From an uncultured Acidobacteriaceae bacterium (lineage in GTDB: Bacteria; Acidobacteriota; Terriglobia; Bryobacterales; Bryobacteraceae), in NCBI GenBank assembly GCA_963730865.1, contig CAVSTO010000016.1:14718-78717 (forward strand): a DNA stretch of 64,000 nucleotides. The letters are read 5' to 3'. The translations under genes were made by a program, and so were the position numbers. Positions 1-8,792 of this stretch are shown here, piece after piece (the first letter of the stretch is position 1; every line of letters starts with the position of its first letter). The notes beneath the pieces were generated by a model. The model was not told the origin of the DNA, did no database searches, and saw only the letters and a list, made by a program, of their open reading frames with translations.

Positions 1-1
1 T

Positions 2-751
2 ACGGTGACGGCGGTGGTAACGGGCAAGCCGTTGGAATTGGGCGGCTCACAGGGGCGGCCGGAGGCGACCGGGCGCGGTTGCATGATCGTCACGATGGAG
101 GCGCTGAAGCGTTTCGGACTTGCGCCGGAGAATACGCGCGTGATCATTCAAGGCTTCGGGAACGTGGGCGGGATGGCGGCGAGGCTAATGGCGCGGAAAG
201 GCTTCAAGATCACGACTATCGTGGAGTACGACGGCGCGGTTCACAATCCTCACGGGCTGGATATCGAGGCGTTGATGCGGCATCGGCAAGAAACGGGATC
301 GATCACGGGGTTTCGCGAAGCAGAGGACGTGGACAGAAGCGAAGCCATCCTGATGGATTGCGATGTATTGATTCCGGCGGCGCATGAAAACGTGATTACG
401 TCAGCGAATGCGGATCGGGTGAAGGCGAAAATTCTGTGTGAAGGCGCGAATGGGCCGACGACGTTTGTGGCGGACGCGATGCTGGCGGAGAAAAAGGTTT
501 TCGTGATTCCGGACATTCTGGCGAACGCCGGAGGCGTGACGGTTTCCTACTTCGAATGGGTGCAGGATCGCCAGGGATATTTCTGGAACGAAGCCATGGT
601 CAACGAGAGATTGGAAGAGATCATGGTGGCGAGCTTCGCAGAGGTGACCGGGTACGCGGAGAGCCGGAAGCTGAAGAATCGGACGGCGGCTTATATGGTG
701 GCGGTGGACCGGGTGGCGAATGCGATCCGGCGGCGCGGGTTGTATGCATGA
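2..751 (+). CDS. gdhA: Glutamate dehydrogenase, C-terminal part (5' end outside window)
   Basis: ORF 5..751 is open to the window edge. It carries Glu/Leu/Phe/Val-dehydrogenase dinucleotide-binding domain motifs (IQGFGNVGG glycine loop, CEGANGPTT, ANAGGVTVSYFEWVQD). Confidence 0.9.
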   Translation, partial: TVTAVVTGKPLELGGSQGRPEATGRGCMIVTMEALKRFGLAPENTRVIIQGFGNVGGMAARLMARKGFKITTIVEYDGAVHNPHGLDIEALMRHRQETGSITGFREAEDVDRSEAILMDCDVLIPAAHENVITSANADRVKAKILCEGANGPTTFVADAMLAEKKVFVIPDILANAGGVTVSYFEWVQDRQGYFWNEAMVNERLEEIMVASFAEVTGYAESRKLKNRTAAYMVAVDRVANAIRRRGLYA

Positions 752-1095
752 ATTATGAAGAGATTCAGAGCATCTTCGACTTCTTCCTCCTGAGCACGCT
801 CGCCGAAGAACCGATGCGCTGTTCCGATCTGGAGCTCCGGATTGAGAAGAAAACGCGTGGAGTGTTTAAGAATCAGATCCACTTTTCGAAAGCGCTGGAG
901 CGGCTGGAAAGCGCGGGTTGGTTGAAAGCGGAGCAAAAAGATTCGAATCCCGAGAAGGTCTATTCCGTTACGGCGGCGGGAAAAGAGCAGCTGGAATCGG
1001 AATCGAAACGGAAACTAGCGGCTCTGGCCCAGTTTATTGAGGGAGGCAAATGGCCGGCGTACCGTTTCAAGGCATACCCTAATAGCTCGAACTAG
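748..1095 (+). CDS. PadR-like winged-helix transcriptional regulator
   Basis: ATG at 748 overlaps the gdhA stop (ATGA). The translation MNYEEIQSIFDFFLLSTLAEEPMRCSDLE...ALERLESAGWLKAE...KVYSVTAAGKEQL fits the PadR wHTH pattern. Confidence 0.6.
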   Translation: MNYEEIQSIFDFFLLSTLAEEPMRCSDLELRIEKKTRGVFKNQIHFSKALERLESAGWLKAEQKDSNPEKVYSVTAAGKEQLESESKRKLAALAQFIEGGKWPAYRFKAYPNSSN

Positions 1096-1553
1096 AGATC
1101 AACTCGCACCCAATTGCCCGCCGGGGACAGTGCCCAGCGCTGGCCGTGCATGTCGAGCCACTCACCCCAGGGTTGATCGGAGATCGAATCGGAACCAATG
1201 CGCAACACGTTTTCATCCAGGTCTTCGACTTGCATTTCGAGCGCCCAGGGATAATTGCTGGGAGGATGGCGTATTTTGGCGGCTTTCACGCGGTATTCAT
1301 CGAATACCGTCTTTACGTCTTCGACACCAATCCAGACCCACGTTCCGAAATGGCCTTGGTCGCCTTCGCACAGGAAGAGATGACAGCGGCCGCGTGAGAC
1401 CGCTGCGAATCCCGATTCTTCCACCTGCCAATCGAGTTTGAATCCGAGCAGGTTGGTGTAGTAGGCGACACTTTCTGAGACGCTTCGCACCCTGAGAATG
1501 GGGTTCACTCCTCCGAAAGGAATTTGGGCAGATTCTTTGTCGGACATATTCAA
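1092..1553 (-). CDS. VOC (glyoxalase/bleomycin-resistance) family protein
   Basis: 153-aa ORF with a VOC-like beta-alpha-beta-beta-beta pattern (ILRVRSVSESVAYYTNLLGFKLDW...). AAGGAGG lies 6 nt upstream of the TTG at 1553; an alternative ATG is at 1547. Confidence 0.6.
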   Translation of the reverse strand: MNMSDKESAQIPFGGVNPILRVRSVSESVAYYTNLLGFKLDWQVEESGFAAVSRGRCHLFLCEGDQGHFGTWVWIGVEDVKTVFDEYRVKAAKIRHPPSNYPWALEMQVEDLDENVLRIGSDSISDQPWGEWLDMHGQRWALSPAGNWVRVDL

Positions 1554-2094
1554 CGATAGCCTCCTTGATGCTCAGCGGATTATCCGAAAACCAGCCCAGG
1601 TTCAGCTTCTGGATAGTGGTCAGCGTAGGAGCGAGCGAGCACGCTTGCAATTAGATCAAAAACTACTACAATCCCATCATTGAGAAGCGTGCGATCGTAG
1701 GCTTTAATAAAGCTAACGCTTTGGCCTCCCGATTGCGTTGGAGACAGTATGAACGACCAGAATCCGCGCCGCGAGATGCCCCTGATACTTTCATTTACGT
1801 TAAGTTTCGTGGCGTCGGCAATCGCTACTCTAGCGATCTGCTCGATTACTCCTGGGGAACCGCTCGGATCGGCGCTCCTGAACCCGCCGGCAAACGTCAA
1901 TCCCGCGCCAGATGCGGTGAAGTCGACGCGTCCCGACGACCCTTCCTCGAACAAACGCGATTCTGCTGGAGCTGTTTAAGCAAACGGCTGGAAGAATCCT
2001 TCACCCCGACAAAAGTTCGTTTTTTCCCCAACGTAACGGCTGCGTTGTACGTCCTTACATGCCAGTCGGCCTTTGATAGGTCACGAGTAAACGC

Positions 2095-3089
2095 ATGCCA
2101 ATATTTCGCGATAGTGCTGTCTTAGGAGCGGCGCTGTTTACGGGTCTTCTCCTTTTGCGGGCTGCCGATCGGCCACAAGACCACGGGACGCACGTTATCA
2201 GGGCAACGGGAACGATCCAGGCGACGCATTCGCTGATGGTGCGGGTTCCGATCATGCAAGGGCAAGGCAGCCAGCTCACGCTGATCAAGCTGGCACAAAA
2301 TGGCGCGCGTGTTCACAAGGGTGACGTACTGGCCGAATTCGACGATACCACGCAGATAAAAGCGGCGCGCGAAGCTGCGGCTAAATACGACGATCTCGCC
2401 CATCAGGTGGAACAAAAGCGAGCCGAACATGCCAGCAATGTGGAGAAACGGCTTTCCGAATTGCAGGCGGCGCAAGCGGACTTGGGCAAAGCGGAACTCG
2501 ATCTCCGCAAAGGTCCGATTCTGAGCGAAATCGATCAGCAGAAGGATGCGATCAAGGTGGCGGATGCCAAGGAGCACGTCGCCAGCCTGCAACGCTCCGG
2601 CAAGGCTCACGACACCGCGGAACTCGCCGAGATCCGGGTTCTGGAATTACAGCGCGACCGGCAAAAGGCAGCGGTCGAACGGCAGCGGAGCAATGCGGAC
2701 AGGCTTTCGCTTACGCGCGCCCATCGACGGAATGGTTGCGCTGCAGAATGTCTGGAGGAACGGCTCGATGGGCCACGCCGAAGAGGGCGACCAACTTTGG
2801 GGAGGAGGCGCCTTGATGCAGCTATTCGACCCATCCGCGATGCAAGTTGGCGGTGGCGGTGGGCGAGCCGGACGGCGCTGTCCTGAAGCCCGGCACACGG
2901 GCGGAGGTCCACCTGGACGCCTTTCCGGAATTAGTTCTGCCGGCGCATTTCGATTCGGCAAGCCCAGTGGCGTCGTCGTCGATGGACAATCCAATCAAAT
3001 CGTTCAACGCGCGATTCACGCTGGACCGGAGCGATCCGCACCTGATGCCCGATCTTTCGGCGGCGGTGGAGATTCGAGTGAAGCCATGA
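2095..3089 (+). pseudogene. HlyD-family periplasmic adaptor (membrane fusion protein) 1, frame-disrupted
   Basis: ATG 2095. Adaptor-like sequence runs in frame 1 (..LTLIKLAQNGARVHKGDVLAEFDD.. coiled coil ..RQRSNADRLSL). It continues in frame 2 from ~2714 (RAPIDGMVALQNVW..GDQLW..LMQLFDPSAMQV) and in frame 0 from ~2850 (AVAVGEPDGAVLKPGTRAEVHLDAFPE...VEIRVKP, stop 3087-3089). Confidence 0.75.
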
Positions 3090-3122
3090 AAGCGACGGAA
3101 AGGCGGGCGCCTTGTCATTCGG

Positions 3123-4328
3123 TTGTGTTTGCTGCTGTGCCTGATCGCCGGCTCAGGTTTCGCGATCCGGCAATACCGGCGCTCGCACGCGACGTTGAAC
3201 CTGCCGACTGCGGTCGTGCGCAAGGGCATTTTTTCGGTTCTGGTGAATTGCCGCGGCGTGTTGACGGCGCGCCGTTCGGTACAACTGATTTCGCCGGTGG
3301 ATGTGGAGGATTTGCAGATCGTGTGGCTTGCGCCGGCGGGAGCGGAGGTGAAGGCGGGAGCGCCGGTCGTCCGGTTCGATCCCAGCCGCTTGCGGCAGGA
3401 ACTGAAAGAAAAGACGGCCGCACTCCAGCAGGCCCAAGCCACGCTGGACCAGACGACGGCGCAAGCGCAGATTACGGTGGACCAGGACAAGCTGGATCTT
3501 TCGACGGCTGAATATGCGGCACAGAAGGCAAAGCTGGAAGCTTCCAAGCAGGCCATCGTCAGCGTTATCGACGGCGAGAAGAGCAAGATCGATATGGGTC
3601 TGGCGGAGGAGAAGGTAAAAGTGCAGGAAGCGTCTTCGGAACTGCACAAGAGTTCGGACGAGGCGAAGATTGCCTCGCAGACGCGGCTTCGCGACGAGGC
3701 GCAAGCCGAAGTGAACCGGACGAAAAACCGCCTGGCGCAAATGGAGCTGACGAGCCCCGTAAATGGCCTTGTGACCTATCTGGAAAACCATTCGCAAGGC
3801 TGGATGAACGCGCAGCCATTTAAGGTGGGCGATCACGTCTCGTCAGGGCAAGCGCTGGCGGATATTCCCGACATCAGCACGCTCGAGATGGAGAGCAAAG
3901 TGGACGAGGTGGACCGCGGACGCATCGCGTTGAACGACTCCGTTCTGGTGCATGTGGATGCGTTGCCTGAGACTACTTTTACCGGCAAGCTGGTTGCGAT
4001 CTCTCCGCTGACGGAGCAGAGCTTCACCGAATGGCCGCCGACCAGAAGCTTCCGGGCTTATGCGCGTATTGAGGAGAGGAATCCGCGCTTGCGTCCGGGC
4101 ATGAACGCGGGCGCCGACATTGTAGAGACGCGCATCGCGGATGCCATCAGTATTCCGTCAAAGGCGCTGTTCACGGCGAATGGCAAGCCCGTTGTGTATG
4201 TAAAGCGTGAGGGGACCTATGCTCCAGTGCCCGTGCGCGTGCGAGCGCGCAACACCGATGAAGTAGCGATTGAAGGCGTCGGCTCGGGCGCGGTGGTTGC
4301 GCTGATAGAGCCGGAGAAAGCGAAGTAG
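3123..4328 (+). CDS. HlyD-family periplasmic adaptor (membrane fusion protein) 2
   Basis: 401-aa uninterrupted ORF with an N-terminal TM segment (LCLLLCLIAGSGF), a long coiled coil, a lipoyl/beta-barrel segment (LTSPVNGLVTYL, VDEVDRGRIALNDSV) and a C-terminal (ISIPSKALFTANGKPVVYV). The ORF opens at TTG 3123. The obvious ATG (3086) is one base out of frame. Confidence 0.8.
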   Translation: MCLLLCLIAGSGFAIRQYRRSHATLNLPTAVVRKGIFSVLVNCRGVLTARRSVQLISPVDVEDLQIVWLAPAGAEVKAGAPVVRFDPSRLRQELKEKTAALQQAQATLDQTTAQAQITVDQDKLDLSTAEYAAQKAKLEASKQAIVSVIDGEKSKIDMGLAEEKVKVQEASSELHKSSDEAKIASQTRLRDEAQAEVNRTKNRLAQMELTSPVNGLVTYLENHSQGWMNAQPFKVGDHVSSGQALADIPDISTLEMESKVDEVDRGRIALNDSVLVHVDALPETTFTGKLVAISPLTEQSFTEWPPTRSFRAYARIEERNPRLRPGMNAGADIVETRIADAISIPSKALFTANGKPVVYVKREGTYAPVPVRVRARNTDEVAIEGVGSGAVVALIEPEKAK

Positions 4329-4330
4329 CG

Positions 4331-5681
4331 ATGGGCACCACCGAACAGGCCTTCCCCCTCCGCCTCCCAAAATCGCTCCCGAACGGCGACTCTGTCTACA
4401 AGCGGCCGAAGCGGAACAGGGTTCTTGCGGCTATTGCTGGCGATCGCCGTTTTAGGACTGGTCGGCTTATGGCGGAGTTCCGGGCCTACCGCGGCTTATC
4501 GACGCGCGAAAACGCAGCGAGGTTCCCACTGCGAAAGTACAGCGCGGCGACGTGACTCTGGCGATTACTGCGCGCGGCGAACTGCGTGGAGGAAATCCTC
4601 AAATGCTTGGCAGCGCCGATGACAGGCGGAACGGAAATGCATATCACGCAACTGCGCAAAACCGGAGAAGAGGTAAAGCCGGGTGACGTGGTGGTGCAGT
4701 TGGATACCGCGGAGCAGCAGTTCAAATTGCAGGAGGCGGAAGCGGATTTGGCGGAAGCCGCGCAGAACCTAATTAAGGCGAAAGCGCAACGCGAGGCCGA
4801 GCAGGAAGAAGATCATTACGCATTACTGAAGGCGCGGACGGACGTTCAGTTAGCCGAGCTGGACGTCCGCAAGAATCCGCTGCTGGCCGCCATTGCCGCC
4901 AAGGAGAATGATTTGGCGCTCGAGGGAGCGCGCGATCATCTGAAGCAAACCGAGCAGAACCTGAACAACCGGAAGCGGACAGGCGAAGCAGGAATTGCGA
5001 TACAGGATGCCGCGCGCGCTAAGGCTGAGGCGCAGGCGATCACCGCGCGGCAGAATATTGAAGCCATGACACTGCGCGCCCATCGCGCGGGTTATGTGGC
5101 CGTCAAGGAAAACACCAATACAAATTTCTTCTTTACCGGGATGGTGCTTCCGTTTTTTCAGGTGGGTGATGCCGTGCGTCCGGGAATGGCGATTGCGGAA
5201 ATTCCCGATTTGAAGAACTGGGAAGTGGTCGCGAAGATCGGCGAGTTGGATCGGGGTCACCTGCAGCCGGGCGATGCCGTGACCATCGCGATTATCGCGG
5301 TGCCGGACCGGCAATTTCATGGCCGTGTCAAAGACCTGGGCGGCATGACCGGCAATTTTTGGGAGCGTCACTTCGAATGCAAGATCTCTCTGGACGATCC
5401 GATACCGGCATTGCGCCCCGGTATGAGCGCCACGGTGGTGGTGACAACGGACCAATTGCATCATGTGCTCTCGCTGCCTGACTCAAGCGCTGTTTGAGAG
5501 CGATGGAAGAACGTTTGTCTACGTTCGCTCCGGAGACGCCTTTGCCGCAAAAGACATCAAGCTTGTCCGGCGTAACGAGACGCGCGCCATCGTAGACGGA
5601 TTGAAAGAAGGCGAGATCGTCGCGCTGGCCAATCCGCTCGACATCGACAAGAACAAACCGGGTGAAGCCGAACCCGCTTAA
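4331..5681 (+). pseudogene. HlyD-family periplasmic adaptor 3, frame-disrupted
   Basis: ATG 4331. Homologous sequence hops frames 2->0 (~4420, TM LRLLLAIAVLGLVGLW), 0->1 (4470-4520, EVPTAKVQRGDVTLAITARGELRGGN), 1->2 (~4609, AAPMTGGTEMHITQL...) and 2->0 (~5480, QALFESDGRTFVYVRSGDAF...). Stop at 5679-5681. Confidence 0.75.
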
Positions 5682-5693
5682 AGCCGTAGGCAA

Positions 5694-6949
5694 ATGAGTC
5701 AGGCCAGTGTTTGGAGCCGGTATGGCGCGGATCTGCTGCTGGCGGCGCAGAATCTGTTCGTTCAGAAGACGCGGACCATTCTCACTGCTCTGGGAATTAT
5801 TTTTGGCGTGGGCGCCGTCATTGGGATGCTGGCGATTGGAGCGGGTGCGCGCGCGGAGTCGCTCGAGTTTATCGAGCAACTGGGAGTACACAATGTGCTG
5901 GTTGAATCGCGGCCGGCTTCAAGCGACCAGGAACTGCAGCAGCGGAGGCGCTCTTCGCAGGGCTTGAACGACCGCGATGTTCGCGTTTTGGAAGCGAACG
6001 TCGAATCGCTGGAGCTGATCTCCGCTCGCAAGAGCCTGCATCCCTCGCGCATTTTGCCGAAGCCGCAAAATATGCCGGAACTGTATGGTGTTCGTCCCTC
6101 TTACGCCGTAATTCATAACTGGAAAATCGCGGAAGGCAGGACGCTCAGCGCTGGGGATGACAACTCCAGCAGCGCAGTTTGCGTGTTGGGCGAGAGCGCC
6201 AAAGTGGGACTGCTTGGCTACGGTGCGGCGGTCGGGACAGTTCATCAAAGTGAACGATACCTGGCTGCGCGTCGTCGGAGTGCTGGACAGCGCAGGTGAC
6301 TTCATCGGCGGGCGGCAAAGCGATCGATCCGAACCAGGTCATCTATATTCCTCTGAATACGTTTTTATATAGGTTCTTCGATATGGGCGGATATCTGAAA
6401 GACGAACTGGATGGCGTGGATATCCGGCTGAAGACTGGAGTGGACAGCACCAGAGCCGCCAAGATTGTCTCCGCGATCTTGAATTCCACGCATCACAACG
6501 CGAACGATTTCACGGTCACGATTCCGGCGGAACTGCTTGCGGAGCAGCAACGGTCGCAATCGATTTTTACTTACGTGATGGTGGCGATCGCGGCGATTTC
6601 ACTGCTGGTGGGGGGCATCGGGATCATGAACATCGTTCTGGCGACGGTGCTGGAACGAACGCGGGAGATTGGTATACGGCGGGCGACGGGCGCGCGGCGC
6701 GGCGATATCGTGCGCCAGTTTCTGCTTGAATCAGTGCTCATTTCAATTGGGGGAGGGTTGGTGGGAATAGCGTTTGGATACTTTCTTTCGTGGGCCATTG
6801 CGGCTACGGCAGGCTGGAAGACGATTGTGGCGCCGTCCTCGATTCTCATTGCATTTTTCGTGTCGATGGCAGTAGGGGTGGTGTTCGGCATTTATCCGGC
6901 GAGAAAAGCGTCACGCATCGATCCGATTGAGGCGCTCCGCTATGAATAG
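5694..6949 (+). pseudogene. MacB/DevC-type ABC transporter permease (FtsX domain, no ATPase domain), frame-disrupted
   Basis: N-terminal TM (TRTILTALGIIFGVGAVIGMLAIG), a MacB-like periplasmic domain and a C-terminal FtsX domain (LLVGGIGIMNIVLATVLERTREIGIRRATGARRGDIVRQFLLES...IDPIEALRYE). Frame switches 0->1 at ~6237 and 1->2 at ~6310-6316. Confidence 0.8.
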
Positions 6950-8689
6950 GACGGCCGCACGCGCTCTGCTGCTCTTTTTCTGACAGTGTGCGTCGGTTTT
7001 TGCCACCGCTGCGGATCCGGTCAGCGGCTACTGGCACAGGCGCTTCAACGCCGACTCGATCGAGGTGAAAGAGGTGCAGGGCCTATCGCAGCACATTCAG
7101 AACGGCAAATTGCATTTGCATTTGCGAGAGTTTCTGGAACTGATGCTGAAAAATTCTCCGGACGTTCAATTGGCGCGTCTGGATGTGTACACTGCCGCCA
7201 CGCAAATCACGGCAGCCAGGGCGCCGTTCGATCCCGCGCTGGGCCTCGGGTTTACCGCGGAACGGTCGATCTCACCCGCTGTTGTTCAGCTCCGGCTTTT
7301 CGAGCGGCGCAGCCAACGGGATCGGCGGCGGAAGCGGTCGAACATGGTCGTCCGGCTCGGCGGCACAGGCAGCGCGCCCGGCACGCAAGTCAGCCTGCCG
7401 CAGACGATCAACAGCCTCTCTCAGAATTCGAGCATCACCTACAACCAGATCCTGCCTACGGGCCAGACGCTGGGGACAAGCTTTTATTCCTATCGCAGCT
7501 CCGGCGACAGCTACTCTTCCCCGCTAACTTACGGAATTCTCAATTTCAGCTTTACGCAGTCGCTGCTGCAAAACCGTACCGGCTTGCAGTACCGCGGGCC
7601 GATCACGGTTGCTAAGACGCAACTGCTGATTACGTCTGAACAGAGCGAAGCTACTCATTGCGCAGGCGGTGGCGAACGGCGGCAGTTCAATACTGGGAGG
7701 CCGTTTCCGCGCGCGACAACATCCGCATCCAGCAGTTGACGGTTGACCTGGCGAAGAAATCTTACGAACGCGATAAGCTCGCCTTGCAATTAGGAGCGCT
7801 GGCTCGCCTGGATATTTTTCAGTCGGAGACTCAAGTGGCCGAGCGGAATCGCGACTTGGTCCAGGCGCAATTTACTTACAAGACGCAACTGGACGGACTG
7901 CGGCGCTTGATTGGCGCGGATCTGACGCCCGAGTTGCGCAACACAGAGTCTGGTGCTGGAGGACGATGCGTCAGCGCTTCCGGCGAAATCTTCCATCCTG
8001 CCGTTTGAGATTTCGCTCGGCGAAGGCTCTGCGCGACCGCCCGGAAGTCTAAAGCGGCGGGACAGGCGATCTCGGTGGACAAACTGAATGAACGAATGGC
8101 GCGCGACGCGTTGCAGCCGAAACTGGATCTCACTGCGCTCGGAGGCGCGACCGGGCCCGGGATTGAATCAAGTGGGCGCCGGGAGCGCATTGGGGTTGCC
8201 CGCCACTCCTTATCCCGGGTATTGGCGAAACGTTGAGACAAGTAATGGCATTCGATTTTCCTAGCTACGGCTTCTCTTTCCAAATGACATTTCCTTTCCG
8301 AAACAGCACGGCGAAAGCAAACCTCGCCAGTTCGCTGGTACAAAAAGCGAAAGACGAATACACGAAACGGCAGACACAACAGCAGATCACGCTTCAAGTG
8401 AGACAGGCGATGGACTCGATCGAGCTGGCGGAGGCATCTATCGGCGCCGCCATCGAAGCGCGTGATCTGGCGCAGAAGAATGTGCAAGCCGAGCAGCAGA
8501 AATATGAACTCGGGCTCCATCACGGCGTTTGAGCTGCTGGATTCGCAGTCGCGGCTGGCCAGCGCGGAAAGCGCGTTATCGAATGCGTATGTAACTTACC
8601 AGGAAGCGAACGTGAATTACCAACGCGCCACCTGGACACTGCTGGATGGCTTGGGCATGGTGGTGGAGATGCCGAAAACTTCTAAGTAA
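6942..8689 (+). pseudogene. TolC-like outer-membrane efflux protein, heavily frame-disrupted
   Basis: ATG 6942 overlaps the permease stop. The signal-peptide-like start MNRTAARALLLFF is followed by an in-frame TGA (6981-6983), then QCASVFATAADP. OMF-type repeats (LHLREFLELMLKNSPDVQLARLDV..., AVQYWEAVSARDNIRIQQLTVDLAKKSYERDK..., ALRDRPEVKAAGQAISVDKLNERMARDALQPKLDL..., ELLDSQSRLASAESALSNAYVTYQEANVNYQRATW) are spread over all three frames. Confidence 0.75.
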
Positions 8690-8792
8690 CAGCCCGGCAA
8701 CGCACTTCGCTGCGGCTTGGCAAGATCAGCGGAGTTACTTTTCTGTGCTGACCAAGTGCAGCTTGGCTGCCGAGCTAGATAGACTGAAGAGC

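Noticed and set aside
942-951. ATTCGAATCC, a tRNA T-arm-like sequence.
   Set aside because: It lies inside the PadR-like coding frame (..KDSNPEK..). There is no surrounding cloverleaf and no tRNA gene.
3153-3836. Long antisense ORFs opposite real genes (for example 3153..3836-, 34707..35183-, 44398..45168-, 49101..50006-, 40841..41632+, 42059..42910+).
   Set aside because: These are typical GC-rich shadow ORFs. Their translations are Arg/Gly/Pro/His-rich with no family resemblance, and the opposite strand in each case encodes a clearly recognisable protein.
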